Shown here: piece by piece, positions 1 to 11,800 of the stretch
How positions within the stretch are numbered: position 1 is the stretch's first letter
Layout of the letters: every line of letters begins with the position of its first letter
Assembly: GCA_009914755.4 (NCBI GenBank)
Contig: CP068257.2
Span: forward strand, 11,232,001-11,296,000
Reading direction: 5' to 3'
Origin: the human T2T-CHM13v2.0 reference genome, Homo sapiens
DNA length: 64,000 nucleotides
Translations under genes and position numbers: made by a program
Notes under the pieces: model-generated
The model's input: only the letters and a program-made list of their open reading frames with translations
Databases searched by the model: none
Told to the model about the DNA's origin: nothing

Positions 1-1270
1 GGAATGTTCAACTCTATGAGTTGAATGCAGACATCAGAAAGAAATTTCTGAGAATGCTGCTGTCTACCTTTTATTTGAATTCCCGCTTCCAACGAAATCC
101 TCCAAGCTATCCAAATATCCACTTGCAGATTCCACAAAAAGAGTGTTTCAAAACTGCTCTCTATCAATGGCAAAGTTCAACTCTGTTAGTTGAGGACACA
201 TATCACCAACAAGTTTCTGAGAATGCTTCTGTCTATTTTTTATGGGAAGATATTTCCTTTTTCACCGTAGGCGTCAAGGCGATCGAAATGTCCACTTCCA
301 CAAACTACAAAAAGAGTGTTTCAAACCTGCTCTATGAAAGGCCATGTTCATCTCTATGAGTTGAATGGAAATATCCGAAAGAAATTTCTGGGAATGCTGC
401 TGTCTAGTGTTTATACGAATTCCCGCTTCCAACGAAATCCTCAAAGCAATCCAAATATCCACTTGCAGAATCCACAAAAAGAGTGTTTCAAAACTGCTCT
501 ATCAATAGAAAGGTTCAACTCTTTTAGTTGAGTACACACATCACGAACAAGTTTCTGAGAATGCTTCTGTCTGGCTTTTATTGGAAGACGTTTCCTTTTC
601 ACCAAAGGCATCAAAGCGCTCCAAATGTCCACTTCCAGATTCTTCCAAAAGAGTGTTTCAAACGTGCTCAAAGTAAGGGAATGTTCAACTCTGTGACTTG
701 AATGCAGATATCACCAAGTAGTTTCTAATAGTGCTTCTGTCTACATTTTAGATGATGATATTCCCGTTTCCAACGAAATCGTTAGAGCTATCCAAATATC
801 CAGTTACAGTTTCTACCAAAAGGGTGTTTCCAAATTGCTGCATCAAAAGAAAGGTTCAACTCTGTTAGTTGAGGACACACATCACAAAGAAGTTTGTGAG
901 AATGCTTCTGTCTAGATTTTGTATGACGATATTCCCTTTTCCAACGATATCGTTAAAGCAATCTAAATATCAATTTGCAGAATCCACAAAAATAGAGTTT
1001 CAAAGCTGCTCTGTAAAAAGAAAGGTTCCACTCTGTTAGCTGAGTACACACATCACAAACTTGTTTCTGAGAATCCTTCTGTCTCGTTTTTATGGGAAGA
1101 TATTTACTTTTCCACCGTAGGCATCAAAGCGCTCCAAATGTCCACATCCAGATACTCCAGAAAGAGTGTTTCAAACCTGCTCTATGAAAGGGAATCTTCA
1201 ACTCTATGAGTTGAATGCAGACATCAGAAAGAAATTTCTGAGAATGCTGCTGTCTACCTTTTATTTGAAT

Positions 1271-1287
1271 TCCCGCTTCCAACGAAA
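1271..1287 (-). promoter_or_regulatory. CENP-B box (17-bp CENP-B binding motif), monomer M1; recurs at +1870n
   Basis: + strand 'tcccgcttccaacgaaa' is the reverse complement of TTTCGTTGGAAGCGGGA. All core positions nTTCGnnnnAnnCGGGn are satisfied. Confidence 0.9.
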
Positions 1288-1612
1288 TCCTCCAAGCTAT
1301 CCAAATATCCACTTGCATTTTCCACAAAAAGAGTGTTTCAAAACTGCTCTATCAATAGAAATGTTCAACTCCTTTGGCTGGGTACACACATCACAAACAA
1401 GTTTCTGAGAATGCTTCTGTCTAGTTTTTATGGGAAGACGTTCCCTTTTTCACCAAAGGCATCAAAGCGCTCCAAATGTCCACTTCCAGACACTACAAAA
1501 AGAGTGTTTCCAACGTGCTCTAAGAAAGCGAATGTTCAACTCTGTGACTTGAATGCAGATATCACAAAGTAGTTTCTGAGAGGGCTTCTGTCTAGATTTT
1601 AGATGATGATAT

Positions 1613-1629
1613 TCCCGTTTCCAACGAAA
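1613..1629 (-). promoter_or_regulatory. CENP-B box, monomer M3; recurs at +1870n
   Basis: + strand 'tcccgtttccaacgaaa' is the reverse complement of TTTCGTTGGAAACGGGA. The core is intact. Confidence 0.9.
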
Positions 1630-1950
1630 TCATTAGAGCTATCCAAATATCCACTTACAGTTTCTACAAAAAGAGTGTTTCCAAACTGCTGCATCAAAAG
1701 AGAGGTTCCACTCTGTTAGCTGAGTACACACATCACAAACTTGTTTCTCAGAATCCTTCTGTCTCGTTTTTATGGGAAGATATTTACTTTTCCACCGTAG
1801 GCATCAAAGCGCTCCAAATGTCCACATCCAGATACTCCAGAAAGAGTGTTTCAAACCTGCTCTATGAAAGGGAATGTTCAACTCTATGAGTTGAATGCAG
1901 ACATCAGAAAGAAATTTCTGAGAATGCTGCTGTCTACCTTTTATTTGAAT

Positions 1951-1967
1951 TCCCGCTTCCAACGAAA
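1951..1967 (-). promoter_or_regulatory. CENP-B box, monomer M5; recurs at +1870n
   Basis: 'tcccgcttccaacgaaa'. The core is intact. Confidence 0.9.
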
Positions 1968-2290
1968 TCCTCCAAGCTATCCAAATATCCACTTGCAGAT
2001 TCCACAAAAAGAGTGTTTCAAAACTGCTCTCTATCAATGGCAAAGTTCAACTCTGTTAGTTGAGGACACATATCACCAACAAGTTTCTGAGAATGCTTCT
2101 GTCTATTTTTTATGGGAAGATATTTCCTTTTTCACCGTAGGCGTCAAGGCGATCGAAATGTCCACTTCCACAAACTACAAAAAGAGTGTTTCAAACCTGC
2201 TCTATGAAAGGCCATGTTCATCTCTATGAGTTGAATGGAAATATCCGAAAGAAATTTCTGGGAATGCTGCTGTCTAGTGTTTATACGAAT

Positions 2291-2307
2291 TCCCGCTTCC
2301 AACGAAA
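2291..2307 (-). promoter_or_regulatory. CENP-B box, monomer M7; recurs at +1870n
   Basis: 'tcccgcttccaacgaaa'. The core is intact. Confidence 0.9.
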
Positions 2308-2631
2308 TCCTCAAAGCAATCCAAATATCCACTTGCAGAATCCACAAAAAGAGTGTTTCAAAACTGCTCTATCAATAGAAAGGTTCAACTCTTTTAGTTG
2401 AGTACACACATCACGAACAAGTTTCTGAGAATGCTTCTGTCTGGCTTTTATTGGAAGACGTTTCCTTTTCACCAAAGGCATCAAAGCGCTCCAAATGTCC
2501 ACTTCCAGATTCTTCCAAAAGAGTGTTTCAAACGTGCTCAAAGTAAGGGAATGTTCAACTCTGTGACTTGAATGCAGATATCACCAAGTAGTTTCTAATA
2601 GTGCTTCTGTCTACATTTTAGATGATGATAT

Positions 2632-2648
2632 TCCCGTTTCCAACGAAA
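2632..2648 (-). promoter_or_regulatory. CENP-B box, monomer M9; recurs at +1870n
   Basis: 'tcccgtttccaacgaaa'. The core is intact. Confidence 0.9.
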
Positions 2649-2802
2649 TCGTTAGAGCTATCCAAATATCCAGTTACAGTTTCTACCAAAAGGGTGTTTC
2701 CAAATTGCTGCATCAAAAGAAAGGTTCAACTCTGTTAGTTGAGGACACACATCACAAAGAAGTTTGTGAGAATGCTTCTGTCTAGATTTTGTATGACGAT
2801 AT

Positions 2803-2819
2803 TCCCTTTTCCAACGATA
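2803..2819 (-). promoter_or_regulatory. Degenerate, presumably non-binding CENP-B box remnant, monomer M10; recurs at +1870n
   Basis: 'tcccttttccaacgata'. The CCCG core and the CGAA core are both lost (CCCT, CGAT), so essential contacts are missing. Confidence 0.75.
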
Positions 2820-5800
2820 TCGTTAAAGCAATCTAAATATCAATTTGCAGAATCCACAAAAATAGAGTTTCAAAGCTGCTCTGTAAAAAGAAAGGTTCCA
2901 CTCTGTTAGCTGAGTACACACATCACAAACTTGTTTCTGAGAATCCTTCTGTCTCGTTTTTATGGGAAGATATTTACTTTTCCACCGTAGGCATCAAAGC
3001 GCTCCAAATGTCCACATCCAGATACTCCAGAAAGAGTGTTTCAAACCTGCTCTATGAAAGGGAATCTTCAACTCTATGAGTTGAATGCAGACATCAGAAA
3101 GAAATTTCTGAGAATGCTGCTGTCTACCTTTTATTTGAATTCCCGCTTCCAACGAAATCCTCCAAGCTATCCAAATATCCACTTGCATTTTCCACAAAAA
3201 GAGTGTTTCAAAACTGCTCTATCAATAGAAATGTTCAACTCCTTTGGCTGGGTACACACATCACAAACAAGTTTCTGAGAATGCTTCTGTCTAGTTTTTA
3301 TGGGAAGACGTTCCCTTTTTCACCAAAGGCATCAAAGCGCTCCAAATGTCCACTTCCAGACACTACAAAAAGAGTGTTTCCAACGTGCTCTAAGAAAGCG
3401 AATGTTCAACTCTGTGACTTGAATGCAGATATCACAAAGTAGTTTCTGAGAGGGCTTCTGTCTAGATTTTAGATGATGATATTCCCGTTTCCAACGAAAT
3501 CATTAGAGCTATCCAAATATCCACTTACAGTTTCTACAAAAAGAGTGTTTCCAAACTGCTGCATCAAAAGAGAGGTTCCACTCTGTTAGCTGAGTACACA
3601 CATCACAAACTTGTTTCTCAGAATCCTTCTGTCTCGTTTTTATGGGAAGATATTTACTTTTCCACCGTAGGCATCAAAGCGCTCCAAATGTCCACATCCA
3701 GATACTCCAGAAAGAGTGTTTCAAACCTGCTCTATGAAAGGGAATGTTCAACTCTATGAGTTGAATGCAGACATCAGAAAGAAATTTCTGAGAATGCTGC
3801 TGTCTACCTTTTATTTGAATTCCCGCTTCCAACGAAATCCTCCAAGCTATCCAAATATCCACTTGCAGATTCCACAAAAAGAGTGTTTCAAAACTGCTCT
3901 CTATCAATGGCAAAGTTCAACTCTGTTAGTTGAGGACACATATCACCAACAAGTTTCTGAGAATGCTTCTGTCTATTTTTTATGGGAAGATATTTCCTTT
4001 TTCACCGTAGGCGTCAAGGCGATCGAAATGTCCACTTCCACAAACTACAAAAAGAGTGTTTCAAACCTGCTCTATGAAAGGCCATGTTCATCTCTATGAG
4101 TTGAATGGAAATATCCGAAAGAAATTTCTGGGAATGCTGCTGTCTAGTGTTTATACGAATTCCCGCTTCCAACGAAATCCTCAAAGCAATCCAAATATCC
4201 ACTTGCAGAATCCACAAAAAGAGTGTTTCAAAACTGCTCTATCAATAGAAAGGTTCAACTCTTTTAGTTGAGTACACACATCACGAACAAGTTTCTGAGA
4301 ATGCTTCTGTCTGGCTTTTATTGGAAGACGTTTCCTTTTCACCAAAGGCATCAAAGCGCTCCAAATGTCCACTTCCAGATTCTTCCAAAAGAGTGTTTCA
4401 AACGTGCTCAAAGTAAGGGAATGTTCAACTCTGTGACTTGAATGCAGATATCACCAAGTAGTTTCTAATAGTGCTTCTGTCTACATTTTAGATGATGATA
4501 TTCCCGTTTCCAACGAAATCGTTAGAGCTATCCAAATATCCAGTTACAGTTTCTACCAAAAGGGTGTTTCCAAATTGCTGCATCAAAAGAAAGGTTCAAC
4601 TCTGTTAGTTGAGGACACACATCACAAAGAAGTTTGTGAGAATGCTTCTGTCTAGATTTTGTATGACGATATTCCCTTTTCCAACGATATCGTTAAAGCA
4701 ATCTAAATATCAATTTGCAGAATCCACAAAAATAGAGTTTCAAAGCTGCTCTGTAAAAAGAAAGGTTCCACTCTGTTAGCTGAGTACACACATCACAAAC
4801 TTGTTTCTGAGAATCCTTCTGTCTCGTTTTTATGGGAAGATATTTACTTTTCCACCGTAGGCATCAAAGCGCTCCAAATGTCCACATCCAGATACTCCAG
4901 AAAGAGTGTTTCAAACCTGCTCTATGAAAGGGAATCTTCAACTCTATGAGTTGAATGCAGACATCAGAAAGAAATTTCTGAGAATGCTGCTGTCTACCTT
5001 TTATTTGAATTCCCGCTTCCAACGAAATCCTCCAAGCTATCCAAATATCCACTTGCATTTTCCACAAAAAGAGTGTTTCAAAACTGCTCTATCAATAGAA
5101 ATGTTCAACTCCTTTGGCTGGGTACACACATCACAAACAAGTTTCTGAGAATGCTTCTGTCTAGTTTTTATGGGAAGACGTTCCCTTTTTCACCAAAGGC
5201 ATCAAAGCGCTCCAAATGTCCACTTCCAGACACTACAAAAAGAGTGTTTCCAACGTGCTCTAAGAAAGCGAATGTTCAACTCTGTGACTTGAATGCAGAT
5301 ATCACAAAGTAGTTTCTGAGAGGGCTTCTGTCTAGATTTTAGATGATGATATTCCCGTTTCCAACGAAATCATTAGAGCTATCCAAATATCCACTTACAG
5401 TTTCTACAAAAAGAGTGTTTCCAAACTGCTGCATCAAAAGAGAGGTTCCACTCTGTTAGCTGAGTACACACATCACAAACTTGTTTCTCAGAATCCTTCT
5501 GTCTCGTTTTTATGGGAAGATATTTACTTTTCCACCGTAGGCATCAAAGCGCTCCAAATGTCCACATCCAGATACTCCAGAAAGAGTGTTTCAAACCTGC
5601 TCTATGAAAGGGAATGTTCAACTCTATGAGTTGAATGCAGACATCAGAAAGAAATTTCTGAGAATGCTGCTGTCTACCTTTTATTTGAATTCCCGCTTCC
5701 AACGAAATCCTCCAAGCTATCCAAATATCCACTTGCAGATTCCACAAAAAGAGTGTTTCAAAACTGCTCTCTATCAATGGCAAAGTTCAACTCTGTTAGT

Positions 5801-8800
5801 TGAGGACACATATCACCAACAAGTTTCTGAGAATGCTTCTGTCTATTTTTTATGGGAAGATATTTCCTTTTTCACCGTAGGCGTCAAGGCGATCGAAATG
5901 TCCACTTCCACAAACTACAAAAAGAGTGTTTCAAACCTGCTCTATGAAAGGCCATGTTCATCTCTATGAGTTGAATGGAAATATCCGAAAGAAATTTCTG
6001 GGAATGCTGCTGTCTAGTGTTTATACGAATTCCCGCTTCCAACGAAATCCTCAAAGCAATCCAAATATCCACTTGCAGAATCCACAAAAAGAGTGTTTCA
6101 AAACTGCTCTATCAATAGAAAGGTTCAACTCTTTTAGTTGAGTACACACATCACGAACAAGTTTCTGAGAATGCTTCTGTCTGGCTTTTATTGGAAGACG
6201 TTTCCTTTTCACCAAAGGCATCAAAGCGCTCCAAATGTCCACTTCCAGATTCTTCCAAAAGAGTGTTTCAAACGTGCTCAAAGTAAGGGAATGTTCAACT
6301 CTGTGACTTGAATGCAGATATCACCAAGTAGTTTCTAATAGTGCTTCTGTCTACATTTTAGATGATGATATTCCCGTTTCCAACGAAATCGTTAGAGCTA
6401 TCCAAATATCCAGTTACAGTTTCTACCAAAAGGGTGTTTCCAAATTGCTGCATCAAAAGAAAGGTTCAACTCTGTTAGTTGAGGACACACATCACAAAGA
6501 AGTTTGTGAGAATGCTTCTGTCTAGATTTTGTATGACGATATTCCCTTTTCCAACGATATCGTTAAAGCAATCTAAATATCAATTTGCAGAATCCACAAA
6601 AATAGAGTTTCAAAGCTGCTCTGTAAAAAGAAAGGTTCCACTCTGTTAGCTGAGTACACACATCACAAACTTGTTTCTGAGAATCCTTCTGTCTCGTTTT
6701 TATGGGAAGATATTTACTTTTCCACCGTAGGCATCAAAGCGCTCCAAATGTCCACATCCAGATACTCCAGAAAGAGTGTTTCAAACCTGCTCTATGAAAG
6801 GGAATCTTCAACTCTATGAGTTGAATGCAGACATCAGAAAGAAATTTCTGAGAATGCTGCTGTCTACCTTTTATTTGAATTCCCGCTTCCAACGAAATCC
6901 TCCAAGCTATCCAAATATCCACTTGCATTTTCCACAAAAAGAGTGTTTCAAAACTGCTCTATCAATAGAAATGTTCAACTCCTTTGGCTGGGTACACACA
7001 TCACAAACAAGTTTCTGAGAATGCTTCTGTCTAGTTTTTATGGGAAGACGTTCCCTTTTTCACCAAAGGCATCAAAGCGCTCCAAATGTCCACTTCCAGA
7101 CACTACAAAAAGAGTGTTTCCAACGTGCTCTAAGAAAGCGAATGTTCAACTCTGTGACTTGAATGCAGATATCACAAAGTAGTTTCTGAGAGGGCTTCTG
7201 TCTAGATTTTAGATGATGATATTCCCGTTTCCAACGAAATCATTAGAGCTATCCAAATATCCACTTACAGTTTCTACAAAAAGAGTGTTTCCAAACTGCT
7301 GCATCAAAAGAGAGGTTCCACTCTGTTAGCTGAGTACACACATCACAAACTTGTTTCTCAGAATCCTTCTGTCTCGTTTTTATGGGAAGATATTTACTTT
7401 TCCACCGTAGGCATCAAAGCGCTCCAAATGTCCACATCCAGATACTCCAGAAAGAGTGTTTCAAACCTGCTCTATGAAAGGGAATGTTCAACTCTATGAG
7501 TTGAATGCAGACATCAGAAAGAAATTTCTGAGAATGCTGCTGTCTACCTTTTATTTGAATTCCCGCTTCCAACGAAATCCTCCAAGCTATCCAAATATCC
7601 ACTTGCAGATTCCACAAAAAGAGTGTTTCAAAACTGCTCTCTATCAATGGCAAAGTTCAACTCTGTTAGTTGAGGACACATATCACCAACAAGTTTCTGA
7701 GAATGCTTCTGTCTATTTTTTATGGGAAGATATTTCCTTTTTCACCGTAGGCGTCAAGGCGATCGAAATGTCCACTTCCACAAACTACAAAAAGAGTGTT
7801 TCAAACCTGCTCTATGAAAGGCCATGTTCATCTCTATGAGTTGAATGGAAATATCCGAAAGAAATTTCTGGGAATGCTGCTGTCTAGTGTTTATACGAAT
7901 TCCCGCTTCCAACGAAATCCTCAAAGCAATCCAAATATCCACTTGCAGAATCCACAAAAAGAGTGTTTCAAAACTGCTCTATCAATAGAAAGGTTCAACT
8001 CTTTTAGTTGAGTACACACATCACGAACAAGTTTCTGAGAATGCTTCTGTCTGGCTTTTATTGGAAGACGTTTCCTTTTCACCAAAGGCATCAAAGCGCT
8101 CCAAATGTCCACTTCCAGATTCTTCCAAAAGAGTGTTTCAAACGTGCTCAAAGTAAGGGAATGTTCAACTCTGTGACTTGAATGCAGATATCACCAAGTA
8201 GTTTCTAATAGTGCTTCTGTCTACATTTTAGATGATGATATTCCCGTTTCCAACGAAATCGTTAGAGCTATCCAAATATCCAGTTACAGTTTCTACCAAA
8301 AGGGTGTTTCCAAATTGCTGCATCAAAAGAAAGGTTCAACTCTGTTAGTTGAGGACACACATCACAAAGAAGTTTGTGAGAATGCTTCTGTCTAGATTTT
8401 GTATGACGATATTCCCTTTTCCAACGATATCGTTAAAGCAATCTAAATATCAATTTGCAGAATCCACAAAAATAGAGTTTCAAAGCTGCTCTGTAAAAAG
8501 AAAGGTTCCACTCTGTTAGCTGAGTACACACATCACAAACTTGTTTCTGAGAATCCTTCTGTCTCGTTTTTATGGGAAGATATTTACTTTTCCACCGTAG
8601 GCATCAAAGCGCTCCAAATGTCCACATCCAGATACTCCAGAAAGAGTGTTTCAAACCTGCTCTATGAAAGGGAATCTTCAACTCTATGAGTTGAATGCAG
8701 ACATCAGAAAGAAATTTCTGAGAATGCTGCTGTCTACCTTTTATTTGAATTCCCGCTTCCAACGAAATCCTCCAAGCTATCCAAATATCCACTTGCATTT

Positions 8801-11800
8801 TCCACAAAAAGAGTGTTTCAAAACTGCTCTATCAATAGAAATGTTCAACTCCTTTGGCTGGGTACACACATCACAAACAAGTTTCTGAGAATGCTTCTGT
8901 CTAGTTTTTATGGGAAGACGTTCCCTTTTTCACCAAAGGCATCAAAGCGCTCCAAATGTCCACTTCCAGACACTACAAAAAGAGTGTTTCCAACGTGCTC
9001 TAAGAAAGCGAATGTTCAACTCTGTGACTTGAATGCAGATATCACAAAGTAGTTTCTGAGAGGGCTTCTGTCTAGATTTTAGATGATGATATTCCCGTTT
9101 CCAACGAAATCATTAGAGCTATCCAAATATCCACTTACAGTTTCTACAAAAAGAGTGTTTCCAAACTGCTGCATCAAAAGAGAGGTTCCACTCTGTTAGC
9201 TGAGTACACACATCACAAACTTGTTTCTCAGAATCCTTCTGTCTCGTTTTTATGGGAAGATATTTACTTTTCCACCGTAGGCATCAAAGCGCTCCAAATG
9301 TCCACATCCAGATACTCCAGAAAGAGTGTTTCAAACCTGCTCTATGAAAGGGAATGTTCAACTCTATGAGTTGAATGCAGACATCAGAAAGAAATTTCTG
9401 AGAATGCTGCTGTCTACCTTTTATTTGAATTCCCGCTTCCAACGAAATCCTCCAAGCTATCCAAATATCCACTTGCAGATTCCACAAAAAGAGTGTTTCA
9501 AAACTGCTCTCTATCAATGGCAAAGTTCAACTCTGTTAGTTGAGGACACATATCACCAACAAGTTTCTGAGAATGCTTCTGTCTATTTTTTATGGGAAGA
9601 TATTTCCTTTTTCACCGTAGGCGTCAAGGCGATCGAAATGTCCACTTCCACAAACTACAAAAAGAGTGTTTCAAACCTGCTCTATGAAAGGCCATGTTCA
9701 TCTCTATGAGTTGAATGGAAATATCCGAAAGAAATTTCTGGGAATGCTGCTGTCTAGTGTTTATACGAATTCCCGCTTCCAACGAAATCCTCAAAGCAAT
9801 CCAAATATCCACTTGCAGAATCCACAAAAAGAGTGTTTCAAAACTGCTCTATCAATAGAAAGGTTCAACTCTTTTAGTTGAGTACACACATCACGAACAA
9901 GTTTCTGAGAATGCTTCTGTCTGGCTTTTATTGGAAGACGTTTCCTTTTCACCAAAGGCATCAAAGCGCTCCAAATGTCCACTTCCAGATTCTTCCAAAA
10001 GAGTGTTTCAAACGTGCTCAAAGTAAGGGAATGTTCAACTCTGTGACTTGAATGCAGATATCACCAAGTAGTTTCTAATAGTGCTTCTGTCTACATTTTA
10101 GATGATGATATTCCCGTTTCCAACGAAATCGTTAGAGCTATCCAAATATCCAGTTACAGTTTCTACCAAAAGGGTGTTTCCAAATTGCTGCATCAAAAGA
10201 AAGGTTCAACTCTGTTAGTTGAGGACACACATCACAAAGAAGTTTGTGAGAATGCTTCTGTCTAGATTTTGTATGACGATATTCCCTTTTCCAACGATAT
10301 CGTTAAAGCAATCTAAATATCAATTTGCAGAATCCACAAAAATAGAGTTTCAAAGCTGCTCTGTAAAAAGAAAGGTTCCACTCTGTTAGCTGAGTACACA
10401 CATCACAAACTTGTTTCTGAGAATCCTTCTGTCTCGTTTTTATGGGAAGATATTTACTTTTCCACCGTAGGCATCAAAGCGCTCCAAATGTCCACATCCA
10501 GATACTCCAGAAAGAGTGTTTCAAACCTGCTCTATGAAAGGGAATCTTCAACTCTATGAGTTGAATGCAGACATCAGAAAGAAATTTCTGAGAATGCTGC
10601 TGTCTACCTTTTATTTGAATTCCCGCTTCCAACGAAATCCTCCAAGCTATCCAAATATCCACTTGCATTTTCCACAAAAAGAGTGTTTCAAAACTGCTCT
10701 ATCAATAGAAATGTTCAACTCCTTTGGCTGGGTACACACATCACAAACAAGTTTCTGAGAATGCTTCTGTCTAGTTTTTATGGGAAGACGTTCCCTTTTT
10801 CACCAAAGGCATCAAAGCGCTCCAAATGTCCACTTCCAGACACTACAAAAAGAGTGTTTCCAACGTGCTCTAAGAAAGCGAATGTTCAACTCTGTGACTT
10901 GAATGCAGATATCACAAAGTAGTTTCTGAGAGGGCTTCTGTCTAGATTTTAGATGATGATATTCCCGTTTCCAACGAAATCATTAGAGCTATCCAAATAT
11001 CCACTTACAGTTTCTACAAAAAGAGTGTTTCCAAACTGCTGCATCAAAAGAGAGGTTCCACTCTGTTAGCTGAGTACACACATCACAAACTTGTTTCTCA
11101 GAATCCTTCTGTCTCGTTTTTATGGGAAGATATTTACTTTTCCACCGTAGGCATCAAAGCGCTCCAAATGTCCACATCCAGATACTCCAGAAAGAGTGTT
11201 TCAAACCTGCTCTATGAAAGGGAATGTTCAACTCTATGAGTTGAATGCAGACATCAGAAAGAAATTTCTGAGAATGCTGCTGTCTACCTTTTATTTGAAT
11301 TCCCGCTTCCAACGAAATCCTCCAAGCTATCCAAATATCCACTTGCAGATTCCACAAAAAGAGTGTTTCAAAACTGCTCTCTATCAATGGCAAAGTTCAA
11401 CTCTGTTAGTTGAGGACACATATCACCAACAAGTTTCTGAGAATGCTTCTGTCTATTTTTTATGGGAAGATATTTCCTTTTTCACCGTAGGCGTCAAGGC
11501 GATCGAAATGTCCACTTCCACAAACTACAAAAAGAGTGTTTCAAACCTGCTCTATGAAAGGCCATGTTCATCTCTATGAGTTGAATGGAAATATCCGAAA
11601 GAAATTTCTGGGAATGCTGCTGTCTAGTGTTTATACGAATTCCCGCTTCCAACGAAATCCTCAAAGCAATCCAAATATCCACTTGCAGAATCCACAAAAA
11701 GAGTGTTTCAAAACTGCTCTATCAATAGAAAGGTTCAACTCTTTTAGTTGAGTACACACATCACGAACAAGTTTCTGAGAATGCTTCTGTCTGGCTTTTA

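Larger units (their letters stand above)
1271..3140 (-). repeat. Reference HOR unit (box-to-box phase). Monomer order: M1(B) M2(-) M3(B) M4(-) M5(B) M6(-) M7(B) M8(-) M9(B) M10(degenerate B) M11(-). Monomer starts fall near 1271, 1442, 1613, 1784, 1951, 2121, 2291, 2461, 2632, 2803, 2972
   Basis: Direct reading. Box-type and non-box-type monomers alternate. M1, M5 and M7 are mutually similar, as are M2/M8, M3/M9 and M4/M11 (M4 and M11 differ by about 1 nt). M6 and M10 have no close partner. Confidence 0.85.

Noticed and set aside
2803-2819. A sixth functional CENP-B box in monomer M10
   Set aside because: The motif reads tcccttttccaacgata. Both essential cores are mutated (CCCG to CCCT and CGAA to CGAT), so it is a decayed remnant and not a binding site.
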